A stretch of 46,433 bases of DNA from Candidatus Bathyarchaeota archaeon (GCA_030602965.1 JAUVYS010000002.1:1-46433), one strand, 5' to 3'. Shown: positions 26,983-37,179, numbered from the stretch's first letter. Translations and numbers: made by a program. The notes: generated by a model from the sequence alone, not told the origin.

Positions 26983-27405
26983 CTAAATTTCCTCGACTAA
27001 TTCTTGTTCAGGAAACTCGATTGGTGTAGGATACTGAAGCCCTTCTTTTAATGGAAGTTTTCTAGGTGTTCCAGATGATCTTCTTCTGAATTCATAGGTT
27101 CCACGTTTTCTTAACTCGTCCAGTATGATGATACTTGTGCCTGTTGCAAGTCCTGCACCGCCCATTGCACCTAGCAACGCTCTGTTTTCTGGATCTGTTG
27201 TGATTTTACCTGTTTTGTGGCTGTAATATGCAAGTCCTATACCTAGGATTCCTTGAATTAATCCTATAATTCCACTGATTTTAATTCCTGATTTAGCTAC
27301 GGCTGGATCGCCTAAAACTCGTCCGCCTTTCAAAGCATATTCAGATACTAATGGAACGCCTACGCCTAAAACCGCGCCTCCCGCAGTCTTTAATACCACG
27401 GACAT
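26983..27405 (-). CDS. Gly-rich membrane protein, candidate major virion membrane protein
   Basis: Three Gly-rich hydrophobic helices; AAGCTTTAAATA promoter and GAGG RBS. Confidence 0.55.
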   Translation of the reverse strand: MSVVLKTAGGAVLGVGVPLVSEYALKGGRVLGDPAVAKSGIKISGIIGLIQGILGIGLAYYSHKTGKITTDPENRALLGAMGGAGLATGTSIIILDELRKRGTYEFRRRSSGTPRKLPLKEGLQYPTPIEFPEQELVEEI

Positions 27406-27484
27406 TTTTTTTCCTCTTTAGAGTAGTAAGGTATTAACCGTATTTAAAGCTTGTTTTATTAAAATAAGCTATTAGAACACTTAT

Positions 27485-27505
27485 TATATCTAAAGATTAC
27501 TTAAG
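27485..27505. repeat. 21-bp motif, copy 1 (20/21 identical to 39341..39361)
   Basis: TATATCTAAAGATTACTTAAG versus TATACCTAAAGATTACTTAAG. Confidence 0.8.
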
Positions 27506-27522
27506 TAACCATTTGGTATACA

Positions 27523-28284
27523 TCAAGTTTTCATCCCCCATTTCTTCACGGTTTTTGTTTCAATAAATTCTAGAATGATGTTTTCCATTAAGATGCCGAG
27601 AAGGGAGATGCAGAAGAGGGTGCCAAGCATTCCCGCCGCGTTTAATTGAAATCGATTAACGTAGATAAGCCAGCCTAACCCTCCTTTACCGCCTACTGCA
27701 CCGAACACTAATTCGGCGGCGACTACGCTTCTCCAAGCGACTCCCCAAGCACTTCTGAAACCGGTGATAAGATGGGGAAGAGAGGCAGGTAATAATATGT
27801 ATCTGACTAAAGGTAATCCTTGAAGACCATAATTTTTTCCAACTTCCACTGTGATTCCTCTAAGAGTGTTCAGTCCATTCATGATGTTAAGGGTGTAGGG
27901 ACATAATGACCCGAAAATAGTTATGAAGATGATAGCGTTCTCTCCTAGGCCGAACCATAAAATAGCGAAGGGAAGCATTGAAATGGCTGGAACTGGATTA
28001 AATATTGAAATTATCGCTTCTACTACAGGTCTGGTTCTTTGTGAAAGAGCAGATAAGGTTCCAAGGATGAAACTTAAACAACTGCTAATTGAAAGTCCTA
28101 TGAATAATAACTTGAAAGTGTAAGTGATAGCTTCAAAAAGCCTGGTGTAATGAGTTATCATATAGATGATTGTGTCTGTTATTGATGGAAAAATAAAGGG
28201 GGAGAAGATACGTATTCGCGCAATTGTTTCCCAAAGGGTTAATGCTGAGAAAACGAAAAAGATTTTGATATGTGACTTTTTCAT
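27523..28284 (-). CDS. NitT/TauT-family ABC transporter permease
   Basis: PVPAISMLPFAILWFGLG, ILLPASLP, WRSVVAAEL, GGLG. Confidence 0.92.
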   Translation of the reverse strand: MKKSHIKIFFVFSALTLWETIARIRIFSPFIFPSITDTIIYMITHYTRLFEAITYTFKLLFIGLSISSCLSFILGTLSALSQRTRPVVEAIISIFNPVPAISMLPFAILWFGLGENAIIFITIFGSLCPYTLNIMNGLNTLRGITVEVGKNYGLQGLPLVRYILLPASLPHLITGFRSAWGVAWRSVVAAELVFGAVGGKGGLGWLIYVNRFQLNAAGMLGTLFCISLLGILMENIILEFIETKTVKKWGMKT

Positions 28285-29327
28285 TTTCCTATCAATCCTT
28301 TTGTTTCTGCGAATAGCATATCTTCAAACGTTAATGTTTTTTGTATCAAGTCTAGTTTGTGCATTATTGCTGCTATGTCTTCTACTGCAGATAAACCGAA
28401 AGTTGGATTCCACATTAAGCATGGTTGCCCCAAACGATTCTTAAGGAGCCATAGATCCCAAGCTTCATCTGGTTCGTATTCATAGACTAATCCTATAATT
28501 TTTGATGCTTCCTGCGGATTGTTAATGATGTATTCGGTGGCTTTGAACCACGCTGTCATAACAGCAGATAATAATTCTGGATGTTCTTCACAGAATTCAA
28601 CTCGACCGATAAGAGAGCTTCCTGGAAGAGGAGTACCCCAAATTTCAGTGTCACAAGTAACCATGTGATATTTCGATTTTGTTTCACCTTCAGGATTCAC
28701 TTCAACCGCATTAGCATATTGAATTGTGTAAGGAACTCCAGTGAAAGCACAATCTATTTGTTTTTCTTCCATCAATTGAAAAGCGTCTGGGTGAGTGAAG
28801 AATACACTCACAGCATCAGCTTCTTCTTTTGTTCTACCTAAGTCACCGAAGGCTTTGATTAATCCTGCTTGTTCAATGCTTCCAAGTTTTACAACTCCAA
28901 CTTTGTCTCCACGTTTAATGTCGGCTATTGATTGGATATCCTCTCTCCAAGTCCAAAGTTCATGTTCTTTGCTTCCCATACTTAACAAGATTTTAGTGCC
29001 TATTTGTTGGTCTACTCCTTTAATGGCGGGCGCGATCCCCATAGATCCGAACTCTAAGCTTCCCGCTACAAAAGCCTCATTGATTGCTGTTCCTCCACTG
29101 ATTTTTTGAAATATGCCTATTGCTGTGCCATTTGAGTATTTTTGTAATAGATTAAAGTGATCTATGATAATGTGTTGTCCATAATGAAAACCGAATTGAT
29201 ACGCGAAACGTACTTCGGTAACAGATATTTCAGGAACATAGGGATTAGACATTGAATACAAGAAAACACTAGACAAAATAATTAGAGTTAAAGCTAAAAC
29301 AACTGATACAACTTTATATTTATTCAT
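28281..29327 (-). CDS. NitT/TauT-family ABC substrate-binding protein
   Basis: N-terminal TM anchor; GGTAINEAFVAGSLEFG, IQSIADIK, EEHPE. Confidence 0.88.
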   Translation of the reverse strand: MNKYKVVSVVLALTLIILSSVFLYSMSNPYVPEISVTEVRFAYQFGFHYGQHIIIDHFNLLQKYSNGTAIGIFQKISGGTAINEAFVAGSLEFGSMGIAPAIKGVDQQIGTKILLSMGSKEHELWTWREDIQSIADIKRGDKVGVVKLGSIEQAGLIKAFGDLGRTKEEADAVSVFFTHPDAFQLMEEKQIDCAFTGVPYTIQYANAVEVNPEGETKSKYHMVTCDTEIWGTPLPGSSLIGRVEFCEEHPELLSAVMTAWFKATEYIINNPQEASKIIGLVYEYEPDEAWDLWLLKNRLGQPCLMWNPTFGLSAVEDIAAIMHKLDLIQKTLTFEDMLFAETKGLIGK

Positions 29328-30046
29328 TGTTTCACCTCCATTTCCTTTAATACTGCTGTCCAATACTTACCAAAGTCTGCGCTGGCAACGTTTCTTGGTC
29401 TAGGTAATTCTATGTCAAATATTGATTGGATTCTGCCTTTTTTAGATAAGACAACCACTCTATCGGCAAGAAATATGGATTCTCGAATGTTATGTGTTAC
29501 AAAGAGTATGGTTATCTTAATTGTTTGCCAGATCTGTACCAGTTCAGACTGTAACCTTCTTCGAGTTTGCGCGTCAAGGCTTCCGAACGGTTCATCCATC
29601 AATAATATGGACGGGTTCATTACAAGCGCGCGTGCAATCGCCGTTCTCTGTTTCATGCCTCCACTCAATTCATGAGGGTATTTGTGTCTTGCATCTGTTA
29701 AACCAACAAGTTCTAACATTTCAAGAGGTTTTCTAGATGATTTATTTCCTGATAGTTTTGGGCCGAAAGCAATATTTTCAATTGTGGTTTTCCAAGGAAG
29801 CAATTGATTTAATTCTTGAAATACCATAAATCTCGTTGGTGACGGTGCAATTATAGGCTTATCATCATGTAATACTGTGCCAGTGTAGGATTCAAAACCT
29901 CCCACCACCCGTAATAAAGTGGTTTTTCCACAACCCGAAAAACCGACTATACAAACAAAATTTCCATCATCTATATTTAGATTGATGTTGTCAAGAACTT
30001 TGTTTGAATCAAAACTTTTTGAAACGTTTCTAAGAGTTAAACCCAC
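29324..30046 (-). CDS. NitT/TauT-family ABC ATP-binding protein
   Basis: GFSGCGKT, LSGGMKQR, LLMDEPF, VTH. Confidence 0.95.
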   Translation of the reverse strand: MGLTLRNVSKSFDSNKVLDNINLNIDDGNFVCIVGFSGCGKTTLLRVVGGFESYTGTVLHDDKPIIAPSPTRFMVFQELNQLLPWKTTIENIAFGPKLSGNKSSRKPLEMLELVGLTDARHKYPHELSGGMKQRTAIARALVMNPSILLMDEPFGSLDAQTRRRLQSELVQIWQTIKITILFVTHNIRESIFLADRVVVLSKKGRIQSIFDIELPRPRNVASADFGKYWTAVLKEMEVKQ

Positions 30047-30101
30047 AACATACGCCTGTTCTCCTCAAGCAGTTTCCATTTGGAACTTGTTACTTAAATA
30101 A

Positions 30102-30518
30102 TTATAGTTCCCATTCAGATAATTCTCTCAACATTCTACCGCTTATTTTCAAGGGGCCTATTTTGCTTCTACGTAAATGTCGAGATTTAATACCTAGCTT
30201 CTCCATTTTCCTTATAGTCTGTAAGTTACCCGTGACTACAACATCAAAACGTGGTAAATCATCAAAGGTTTCTCTTTCTATAAAACCTTTTCCTATAACA
30301 ATCACTTTATACTTAGGTAAATGTTTGAATACATCCTCTAATATTCTCTCGATCTCATTTATTGCTATAACCTGTTTCCTTGTCCCACCATATGTATAAG
30401 TGGTAATTGCTACGATTATTTCACTATACAAAGGATATATTCTCATAAGTGATAGAACATGACCTAGATGCGGAGGTTGGAAACGTTATCGACCAGGAAA
30501 AATTGCTATCCCTGGCAT
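30102..30518 (-). pseudogene. HxGH cytidylyltransferase-like gene interrupted by an in-frame TAA
   Basis: MPGIAIFPGR*RFQPPHLGH continues in frame into 30102..30446; GGAGGTGG RBS; ISG...R C-terminal motif; TAA at 30486-30488. Confidence 0.75.
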
Positions 30519-31087
30519 GACACCACCTCCTTACCGTTCCAAACTATTTCTATTGGAACGATTTCATATTTTCTTTTCAAATGATCTAAAGAATTACAGA
30601 CTTTACATAAAACATTTAAATCATCAGTTTTTCTCGTCCCATTTAAAATGCTTCGATGAAAATATCCTTGTCCTCCAACATCAAATTTCTCTTTAGATCC
30701 TCCTCCATTAACATGATTTATTTCTAAAAAACGAATGTCATCGCAACCACAATTAACACATTGAGGAATATTATTACCAGAAACTTTTTGAAGAAGCTTC
30801 AAACGTAATTTCACGCGGTAAATACGTCTTTCTTCTGGATGTTCTCTTGCGTATTGTCTTTTTTGGGCACGTTCTCTTTCTTTATTCAACTCATACCATT
30901 CCTTGAAACTATTTTTTCGTTTTTCTTTATGTGTTTCCCAACGTTTTTTCTCATATTGAGATTTACACTTCTTACAACGTGAATCTAATCCATTAAGTCT
31001 TGTAGGATCTTTATGAAATTCACTAATAGGTTTTTCTTGTTTACATTTATAACATCGAAAAATCGCGATCTTCTCATTTGTAGGCAT
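30506..31087 (-). CDS. HNH-type endonuclease with N-terminal Zn finger
   Basis: CYKC...CKKC; CVNCG...LEINHVNG...LNVLCKVCN. Confidence 0.8.
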   Translation of the reverse strand: MPTNEKIAIFRCYKCKQEKPISEFHKDPTRLNGLDSRCKKCKSQYEKKRWETHKEKRKNSFKEWYELNKERERAQKRQYAREHPEERRIYRVKLRLKLLQKVSGNNIPQCVNCGCDDIRFLEINHVNGGGSKEKFDVGGQGYFHRSILNGTRKTDDLNVLCKVCNSLDHLKRKYEIVPIEIVWNGKEVVSCQG

Positions 31088-31625
31088 AAATCATAAACCT
31101 TTCTTTTCTTTCAGGTGGCACAGCAAACGTATATTTTGGAAAAAATGGCTTAAGCCAATCATCTATTACTGCATTACTTATTTCCTTCCATTTGTGTGTT
31201 TCAGACGGATCATTCCAAGGAGAAGCGAACGTAAAGAATCCTCCTTTTTTTAATACTCGATACACTTCAGCAATAAATCTTTTAGGATCATCTAAGTGTT
31301 CCATCACTTCAACGGCAAGTATCGAGTCAAACACTTCGTTTCGGAAAGGCAGTTGTTCAACATTACTACGCGCGCGCGGTCTAGAGCCGCCTACCCAACG
31401 TTTTTTTAAGGCTACACTGCTGAAGTCAAGAAACAAACCGTTTTTTATGAATCTGGCTAAACAGCCAAATCCACATCCAGCATCAAGCACATATCCTTTA
31501 GTTTTTTTTGCCATAATAATCTTGTAAGGCCAAGGATGTTCTGCTTGGCGTTGAGTTCTAGGAAGCCATTGATCAAAGTGTTCATCGTATTTTTGTGGGC
31601 TTCCCTCTGTCCTGTACCAACTCAT
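31074..31625 (-). CDS. Class I SAM-dependent methyltransferase
   Basis: VLDAGCGFG, LPF...FD, EVMEHL, RVLKKGG. Confidence 0.9.
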   Translation of the reverse strand: MSWYRTEGSPQKYDEHFDQWLPRTQRQAEHPWPYKIIMAKKTKGYVLDAGCGFGCLARFIKNGLFLDFSSVALKKRWVGGSRPRARSNVEQLPFRNEVFDSILAVEVMEHLDDPKRFIAEVYRVLKKGGFFTFASPWNDPSETHKWKEISNAVIDDWLKPFFPKYTFAVPPERKERFMIYAYK

Positions 31626-31636
31626 TTAAAATTACT

Positions 31637-31864
31637 TCACAAAATTTTCTTTTCTAGTATATCAGGAAGTTTAAGGAGGATCTTAGCCATCTTCAATTCA
31701 TAAACTGCTATCCCCATTAAGTGATGTTGTAATTCATGAAGAAGAAAACGCCCAAGCAAAATCCGATTCCTAGCAAAAATGATTATTTCAGGTACGTTAT
31801 AATCAATAAAGGCTAGGTTTTCACCGTTTGTTAATTTAACTGAAATTTTAGGAATAAGCTTCAT
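31637..31864 (-). CDS. Small protein with HExxH
   Basis: LLHELQHH; only 75 aa. Confidence 0.45.
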   Translation of the reverse strand: MKLIPKISVKLTNGENLAFIDYNVPEIIIFARNRILLGRFLLHELQHHLMGIAVYELKMAKILLKLPDILEKKIL

Positions 31865-31869
31865 ACATT

Positions 31870-32517
31870 TTACAAACCTAGCTTTTCATAATTGAGTTGC
31901 ATATTTAGTCGACTGGGAAATCTGCAATGTTTCATATGTATTATCGCCATTTTTGTTAAAGCTATTTTAGGCCACTTGTCTCGATGAATTCCTTTAGCAT
32001 TATAGAGTTGGTAATGTTTCCCTTGCCAATGTAAACCTTTTTGCCATTTCAGAAAACGTGGTTTCCAACCTAAATATTTCAAGTGAAACTCTAGTTTCTT
32101 GTTTAAGTAAGGTTCCCACATACGCACATAAGCAACTAAAGCTTTCCCTGATTTTCTAATTCGATTGAAAGCTTTTTTGATGTTTCCTGATGGAATTTCA
32201 TCATCGCTCAAAAGGTATTTCCATTCACCAGGCTTCCAATACTTTCTTTGTTGCATAAACATTTTCTTAGCTATTTCATTTTCATAAAAGTTAGTGCAAC
32301 GTATCCAACGTAAATTACATTTTAACTTTAGACTGGCAATAACATCTTCAGTTCCGTCTGTACTGTGAGGAACATTAGTATAACCCGCGTCCTTCATAAA
32401 TTTGAAGGCGCCATCAAAACATTGTATTTCATCTACATGATTATGAACTGCTAAGAGAGGTGCCGCAATGAATTGAGCGCAATTCCAACAGAAACTTTGA
32501 ACGATTATTCTACTCAA
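31870..32517 (-). CDS. GT-A fold (GT2-like) glycosyltransferase
   Basis: DG...STDGT and LSDDE. Confidence 0.75.
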   Translation of the reverse strand: MSRIIVQSFCWNCAQFIAAPLLAVHNHVDEIQCFDGAFKFMKDAGYTNVPHSTDGTEDVIASLKLKCNLRWIRCTNFYENEIAKKMFMQQRKYWKPGEWKYLLSDDEIPSGNIKKAFNRIRKSGKALVAYVRMWEPYLNKKLEFHLKYLGWKPRFLKWQKGLHWQGKHYQLYNAKGIHRDKWPKIALTKMAIIHMKHCRFPSRLNMQLNYEKLGL

Positions 32518-33404
32518 TGAAATGTTTCCTCTATAAATTTGATTGCTCTTAGACAGGCTTTTCCATCGATTTCTCCCATCACTTTTTCACGCCAGCCTAA
32601 ATGTTTGGTTATATCTGGATTATCAAAACATTTCTTGATGACAAGTCTCAAACTGTTAAAGTCTGCTTTTAATACGCCTCCAGGAAAAACTCTGCCCCAT
32701 TTCTCTCCCTGTTTCATGTGGATCGAAGGTCTGCCAGTAGCCATGAATTCCCAGAGAACCCCGCTTGATTCAGATACTACTATGTCTGCTAAGGGAAAAA
32801 CAATTGTGATATCACTTAAGGGATCAAGCAACTTCATTTTGTTTTTCTGTAGTTCGGATGTCATATTTTTGTATTGATCTTTATAAAACTGGTATGTTCC
32901 ACCGTGAGCTTTAACGAGTAAGGTGAAGCTTAATTGTTTGGATAAAGTGATTAGTAACTTTAAGGTTTTCATGCGATTAAAATCGTGCATGCTTGAGGCG
33001 TAAAGAACTGTTTTGGTAGATGATTGTTTCCGGTTTCCAAAAAGAAAGTCGCTTTTCGGCCATCCTACAATTTTCGATTTACGAATGTTTTTCCATTTAT
33101 TCACCCACCAACTGCCAGGGAGCATGACGGCTTTGAAGAGTTTCATGTGTTTGTAATCTTGTTCGGCTGGATTAGTGTGATAAGGACTTAAGCTGTGAAA
33201 ATGATATATCGTGTTTTTTGCGCGTGGAAGTGCTTCTTGTGCAGTTGAAGAAACAATATGATTGTATTTCGTTGCTTTTTTGAATGGTTGATTAAATACT
33301 GCTACAGCGTCTTTACCTAATTCCTTCATTTTACGGTAGATTGGGCGTATAGCGGCTGAGTGTTGTTCAGCTACAGAATAAAAACAGATTGTTAAATTAT
33401 TCAC
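32514..33404 (-). CDS. CDP-glycerol/polyol phosphotransferase-like (TagF family) protein
   Basis: VGWPKSD, TVLYASS, VKAH, ADIVVSESSGVLWEFMATGRPSI, DGKA. Confidence 0.75.
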   Translation of the reverse strand: MNNLTICFYSVAEQHSAAIRPIYRKMKELGKDAVAVFNQPFKKATKYNHIVSSTAQEALPRAKNTIYHFHSLSPYHTNPAEQDYKHMKLFKAVMLPGSWWVNKWKNIRKSKIVGWPKSDFLFGNRKQSSTKTVLYASSMHDFNRMKTLKLLITLSKQLSFTLLVKAHGGTYQFYKDQYKNMTSELQKNKMKLLDPLSDITIVFPLADIVVSESSGVLWEFMATGRPSIHMKQGEKWGRVFPGGVLKADFNSLRLVIKKCFDNPDITKHLGWREKVMGEIDGKACLRAIKFIEETFH

Positions 33405-34260
33405 CTTTGTATGTATATTTTTTGATTTGTTCTTGTGTTATGCTTGTTTCAAAATGCTTAAATAGCTTGAATTTTTTTTTGGTTTGTAAAAGTCGATTTT
33501 TCTTTACGATTCTTTGATGAGTGTTTGTTTTGAAATCTCTATAGTTTCCTCCACCCGGCATTTTAAACCGTACATCTTTCATCTCTCGGCAATCAGCGTT
33601 TCGGACATAAACACTTCTAAGATTATGATGTTTTTGTCTAGCGTGATAATTGCTGTCTTCTAAACCGTAAAGACTCCATTCTCTGAAATATCCAAGTTTC
33701 TTGAATGTGGAAGCATTGAAAACGTAGATTCCTCCTGGATTAGGACAATTATCTAATATGACACCGTTAACAGTTTTCCACTGAGTGACTTTGAACCATT
33801 TATATTCTCGTCTTTTTCCGAAGCCCTGCACGTTAGAGCCGACTACTCCTAATCCATCATATTTTCCAAGTTCACTTTTAGGAATGTTAGTAGCATAACA
33901 CATGTAACTTAGCCAGTAAGGACTCCTCACTTCTATGTCATTGTCTATGCAAGCATACCAGTTTGCTTTATCTTTCCAAGTTTTCAACCCGTAGTTTTTG
34001 CCTCTGCCTATACCAACATTTTTAGGTAAAAGAATAACCTTATCAATTTTCCCTGTACGTTTAAGATGTTTCAGTTTTTCTGGTGTTCCATCCCAGCTAC
34101 CATTATCTACAACTGTTAAGGTGTGTGGTAAATGCGTGTTTTTGAAGATTGATAATAGACTTAGACGGGTGAGACTCCATCGATTAAAACACACCATGAT
34201 GATAGCTACTTTTTTCTTAGCGGTTTTCATTTGTGCACTGTATTTTTTGGGATTGAACAA
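33397..34260 (-). CDS. GT2 glycosyltransferase
   Basis: VVDNGSWDGT, NVG...N.G, IDND, YGLED. Confidence 0.88.
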   Translation of the reverse strand: MFNPKKYSAQMKTAKKKVAIIMVCFNRWSLTRLSLLSIFKNTHLPHTLTVVDNGSWDGTPEKLKHLKRTGKIDKVILLPKNVGIGRGKNYGLKTWKDKANWYACIDNDIEVRSPYWLSYMCYATNIPKSELGKYDGLGVVGSNVQGFGKRREYKWFKVTQWKTVNGVILDNCPNPGGIYVFNASTFKKLGYFREWSLYGLEDSNYHARQKHHNLRSVYVRNADCREMKDVRFKMPGGGNYRDFKTNTHQRIVKKNRLLQTKKKFKLFKHFETSITQEQIKKYTYKGE

Positions 34261-35571
34261 TTAAGAAAGAAACTCCTTCTTTTTTTGTTCAATAAATTGA
34301 CGATCAAATTCATTGCTGCGTTGCCTCTTTTTTATGTATGTTACACCTTCAGGCCAGCCCCAATCAAGTTTTACTTTTCTGTTAAGTATTGAAAGTTTAG
34401 ACTTCCAATTATCTAAATATAGTTGTACTGCGGATTGTGGGATACCTTTACCAGTTTTTCTTTGAGTGTAAGCCCAAAAATGAGTGAGAACAGCTTTTGG
34501 ACAAAAAACATTTCGTAAATTTTTCATCACTACTTTAAGACCGTAATCTACATCAGAATATCCGAAACGATATTCTTCATTAAGGTACCCTACTTTTTTG
34601 ATGGTTGATCTTTTGATTAAGAGGCAAGCACCTGTATTGAAGGGAACATTACGTGATTTATACGCGGCTTGTATGGATATTGGAGCACCTTCAAAAGGAT
34701 GATGAGGTGAACCGCTATGTATAGCTCCTCCGATATGCTGTATTCTTCTATGGGGATAGAATAGTTTAGCGCCGACAGTGCCGATCCTACTGCTGGTCAT
34801 GGCATAATTAACCATTTGAGTGAGCCAGCCTTTATGTCGAGCGAAAACGTCACTATTCAATAAAACAAAGAAGGCACCCTTACTTTTTTTGATGGCGATG
34901 TTGTTTCCTTTCGCCCAACCGAAATTGCCGTGATTCTTAATTAACTTTAAGTAGGGTTGCCGCTTTAACCAAGAAATACTTTGGTCAGACGAAGCATTAT
35001 CCACAACGATTAATTCGTAAGGATAAATCGTGTTTTTGAGGATGCTGGCGATTCCCACCGGTAAAAGCTCTAAAGTGTTATAGTTAAGAATTATAAGACT
35101 GGCAAAGCTTTGTTTAGGATCATAATTAATAATTTTACTCTTTGTTATTTTCAAGTTCTCTGCAAATGGGATTTGGTTAGGCAACGGTTTACGTGGTGGT
35201 TTAGGGGGTGCGCCAGCGTGTGTAAGGGATCCCATAGTTATTGTTTTCAAAAGTTTTCTTTTTTGTCCCTTACATCCTTTTTTTACATCAGGAAAAAGAA
35301 CTTTATTTCCTAAATACACAGCAGAATGACAATTGATCGTTTCAGTTTCCAAGTAATTTATGATTGTGATAATTCTGTTTTTACGATTAATTTTAAGAAT
35401 GAGTTGGCTTTCGCACCAATATAAAGTGAAGGTTACATGCCAAATGAAAGGGGATAATTGTTTTATCGTACAATATTGTTTTTCTTTTGTTGTTATTACT
35501 TGACCTGTATCCTGTACACGTATCCATAGATCAGAAATATTCCATGAGCGCTGAGTAGTTTTCGGAGTCAA
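34261..35571 (-). CDS. GT2 glycosyltransferase with N-terminal extra domain
   Basis: IVVDNASSD, NFGWAKGNN, LLNSD, TGACLLI, SDVD. Confidence 0.9.
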   Translation of the reverse strand: MTPKTTQRSWNISDLWIRVQDTGQVITTKEKQYCTIKQLSPFIWHVTFTLYWCESQLILKINRKNRIITIINYLETETINCHSAVYLGNKVLFPDVKKGCKGQKRKLLKTITMGSLTHAGAPPKPPRKPLPNQIPFAENLKITKSKIINYDPKQSFASLIILNYNTLELLPVGIASILKNTIYPYELIVVDNASSDQSISWLKRQPYLKLIKNHGNFGWAKGNNIAIKKSKGAFFVLLNSDVFARHKGWLTQMVNYAMTSSRIGTVGAKLFYPHRRIQHIGGAIHSGSPHHPFEGAPISIQAAYKSRNVPFNTGACLLIKRSTIKKVGYLNEEYRFGYSDVDYGLKVVMKNLRNVFCPKAVLTHFWAYTQRKTGKGIPQSAVQLYLDNWKSKLSILNRKVKLDWGWPEGVTYIKKRQRSNEFDRQFIEQKKKEFLS

Positions 35572-36571
35572 ATTGTTTTTTCCCCTGGCCGATTTTACGT
35601 GCCATACGTTTTCTCATTTTTTTATCAGTGAGTAACGTAATAATACTGTCCGCGAGATCATCAACACTATAAGTATGCAGTTGTTGAATCATCAAGTTTT
35701 CCCATCGTAGTTTCTGCACGTCTTTCATTGGAATTAACAAGCCTGTTTTTCCATGATCGATTAGGTCACTCATTGGAGACGTGTTTACTGCAATCACAGG
35801 TTTATTATGTCGGAAGGCTTCAATTATTGGTAAGCCGTAGCCTTCTACAAAGCTTGGGCAAACGTAAATTTTACAGAGTTTATAGAGAGTGTTCATTTTC
35901 TTTTCGTCATAGAGAGTGAAACAGTTAGTAGGCCAGAACTGTTTTAGTTGTAGTCGTTGTGCTATTCCACTGATGTCAAAGAATCCTCCGCCTGAATGTA
36001 ATATTGAAAAAACATCTGGTATTTCTCTTTCCACAAGTTTCACGGCGAGCAGTAAGTTATCGATTCCTTTACGTTGAATATTAGCTGCCACAGTCAAGAT
36101 GACTTTTTTTGTTTTAATCGCTTTCTTCATTGTGGTATAGAAGGGTTTATCGATTTCTTTGTCGGTCATATCTATACCGTGTGGCACTACTCCATCACAG
36201 ACTAATTGAGTGGATTCAATCATTAACTTGGTGAAGTCGCTGTTAGCTATGATTTTAATGTTTTTCGCGATTTCATAACTCATAGGATCTAATATTGGAA
36301 ATCCTTCAGTTGTAGTATAAAACACCACGTTTTTGTCTGAGAAACGAGTTAAGTAGCTTAGTGTTGGATGGGTGATAGTGGCTATAAACAAAATGTTTTT
36401 TTCAGGTATATCTTTAGCTTCCCAATCATACATGCTAATATCCACAGATTGATGCTGTGTATCTCTTTTATTTTTGAGTGCGTTATAGATGTCGCGGGCG
36501 ACTTTTTGGTGGCTGAATCCCATTTGGATTCCGAAGAATGTTCCAGCTTGTGTTACTATTGCTAGTTTCAT
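35531..36571 (-). CDS. GT4 (GT-B) glycosyltransferase
   Basis: RKG and PSFVEGYGLPIIEA (ExFG..xxE). Confidence 0.92.
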   Translation of the reverse strand: MKLAIVTQAGTFFGIQMGFSHQKVARDIYNALKNKRDTQHQSVDISMYDWEAKDIPEKNILFIATITHPTLSYLTRFSDKNVVFYTTTEGFPILDPMSYEIAKNIKIIANSDFTKLMIESTQLVCDGVVPHGIDMTDKEIDKPFYTTMKKAIKTKKVILTVAANIQRKGIDNLLLAVKLVEREIPDVFSILHSGGGFFDISGIAQRLQLKQFWPTNCFTLYDEKKMNTLYKLCKIYVCPSFVEGYGLPIIEAFRHNKPVIAVNTSPMSDLIDHGKTGLLIPMKDVQKLRWENLMIQQLHTYSVDDLADSIITLLTDKKMRKRMARKIGQGKKQFDSENYSALMEYF

Positions 36572-37173
36572 GTTTCTTCTTCCTCTTTTTCTTCTTCTAA
36601 ACCTATTATTACTTTTACATCCTGTAAGTTACGTTCTAACCATTCCCCTCCTTCAGGACCATAACTTTTAATGATTTGATAAACAACAGGATTTTCAAAA
36701 CGAAGAGTAAAAATAGTAACTTTCATGTTCATAGCGTTCCGAGCTTTTTTTCTAAGACTCGGCCAATTTTTCACAAAAGCACGTCCAGTTCCCACAGCAA
36801 TTCTTGTAGGTAAACTGGTATATTCTCTATATTTATCTGCAATTGTCTCCTGGTATTCTAAAGCATCAACTACATCGTCAGGATCAAGATCTACAAGCCA
36901 ATCAAAATAAAGTTCTACTAAAGGTCTGACTGCCGCGTGGATTTGATCCATCAATTTCTTTTTTGTTTCAAAATATAATTCAGGTGTAATATCTATAATT
37001 AGCTTAGTTGGAACTTCCTCAACATCAGATATAACTGAATCTTTTTGAGGCGTGTCATCGATTGATGTTAATTCGTCTTGTGATTCTCTAAGAGATTCTT
37101 CCTTACCTTCTTCCCTCATTTTCTCTCGATCTGTCTCTATTGGCAATCTTATTTTTACAGGAACGGAATTCAT
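36568..37173 (-). CDS. Hypothetical helical protein
   Basis: 201-aa ORF in operon. Confidence 0.7.
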   Translation of the reverse strand: MNSVPVKIRLPIETDREKMREEGKEESLRESQDELTSIDDTPQKDSVISDVEEVPTKLIIDITPELYFETKKKLMDQIHAAVRPLVELYFDWLVDLDPDDVVDALEYQETIADKYREYTSLPTRIAVGTGRAFVKNWPSLRKKARNAMNMKVTIFTLRFENPVVYQIIKSYGPEGGEWLERNLQDVKVIIGLEEEKEEEET

Positions 37174-37179
37174 ATCGAA

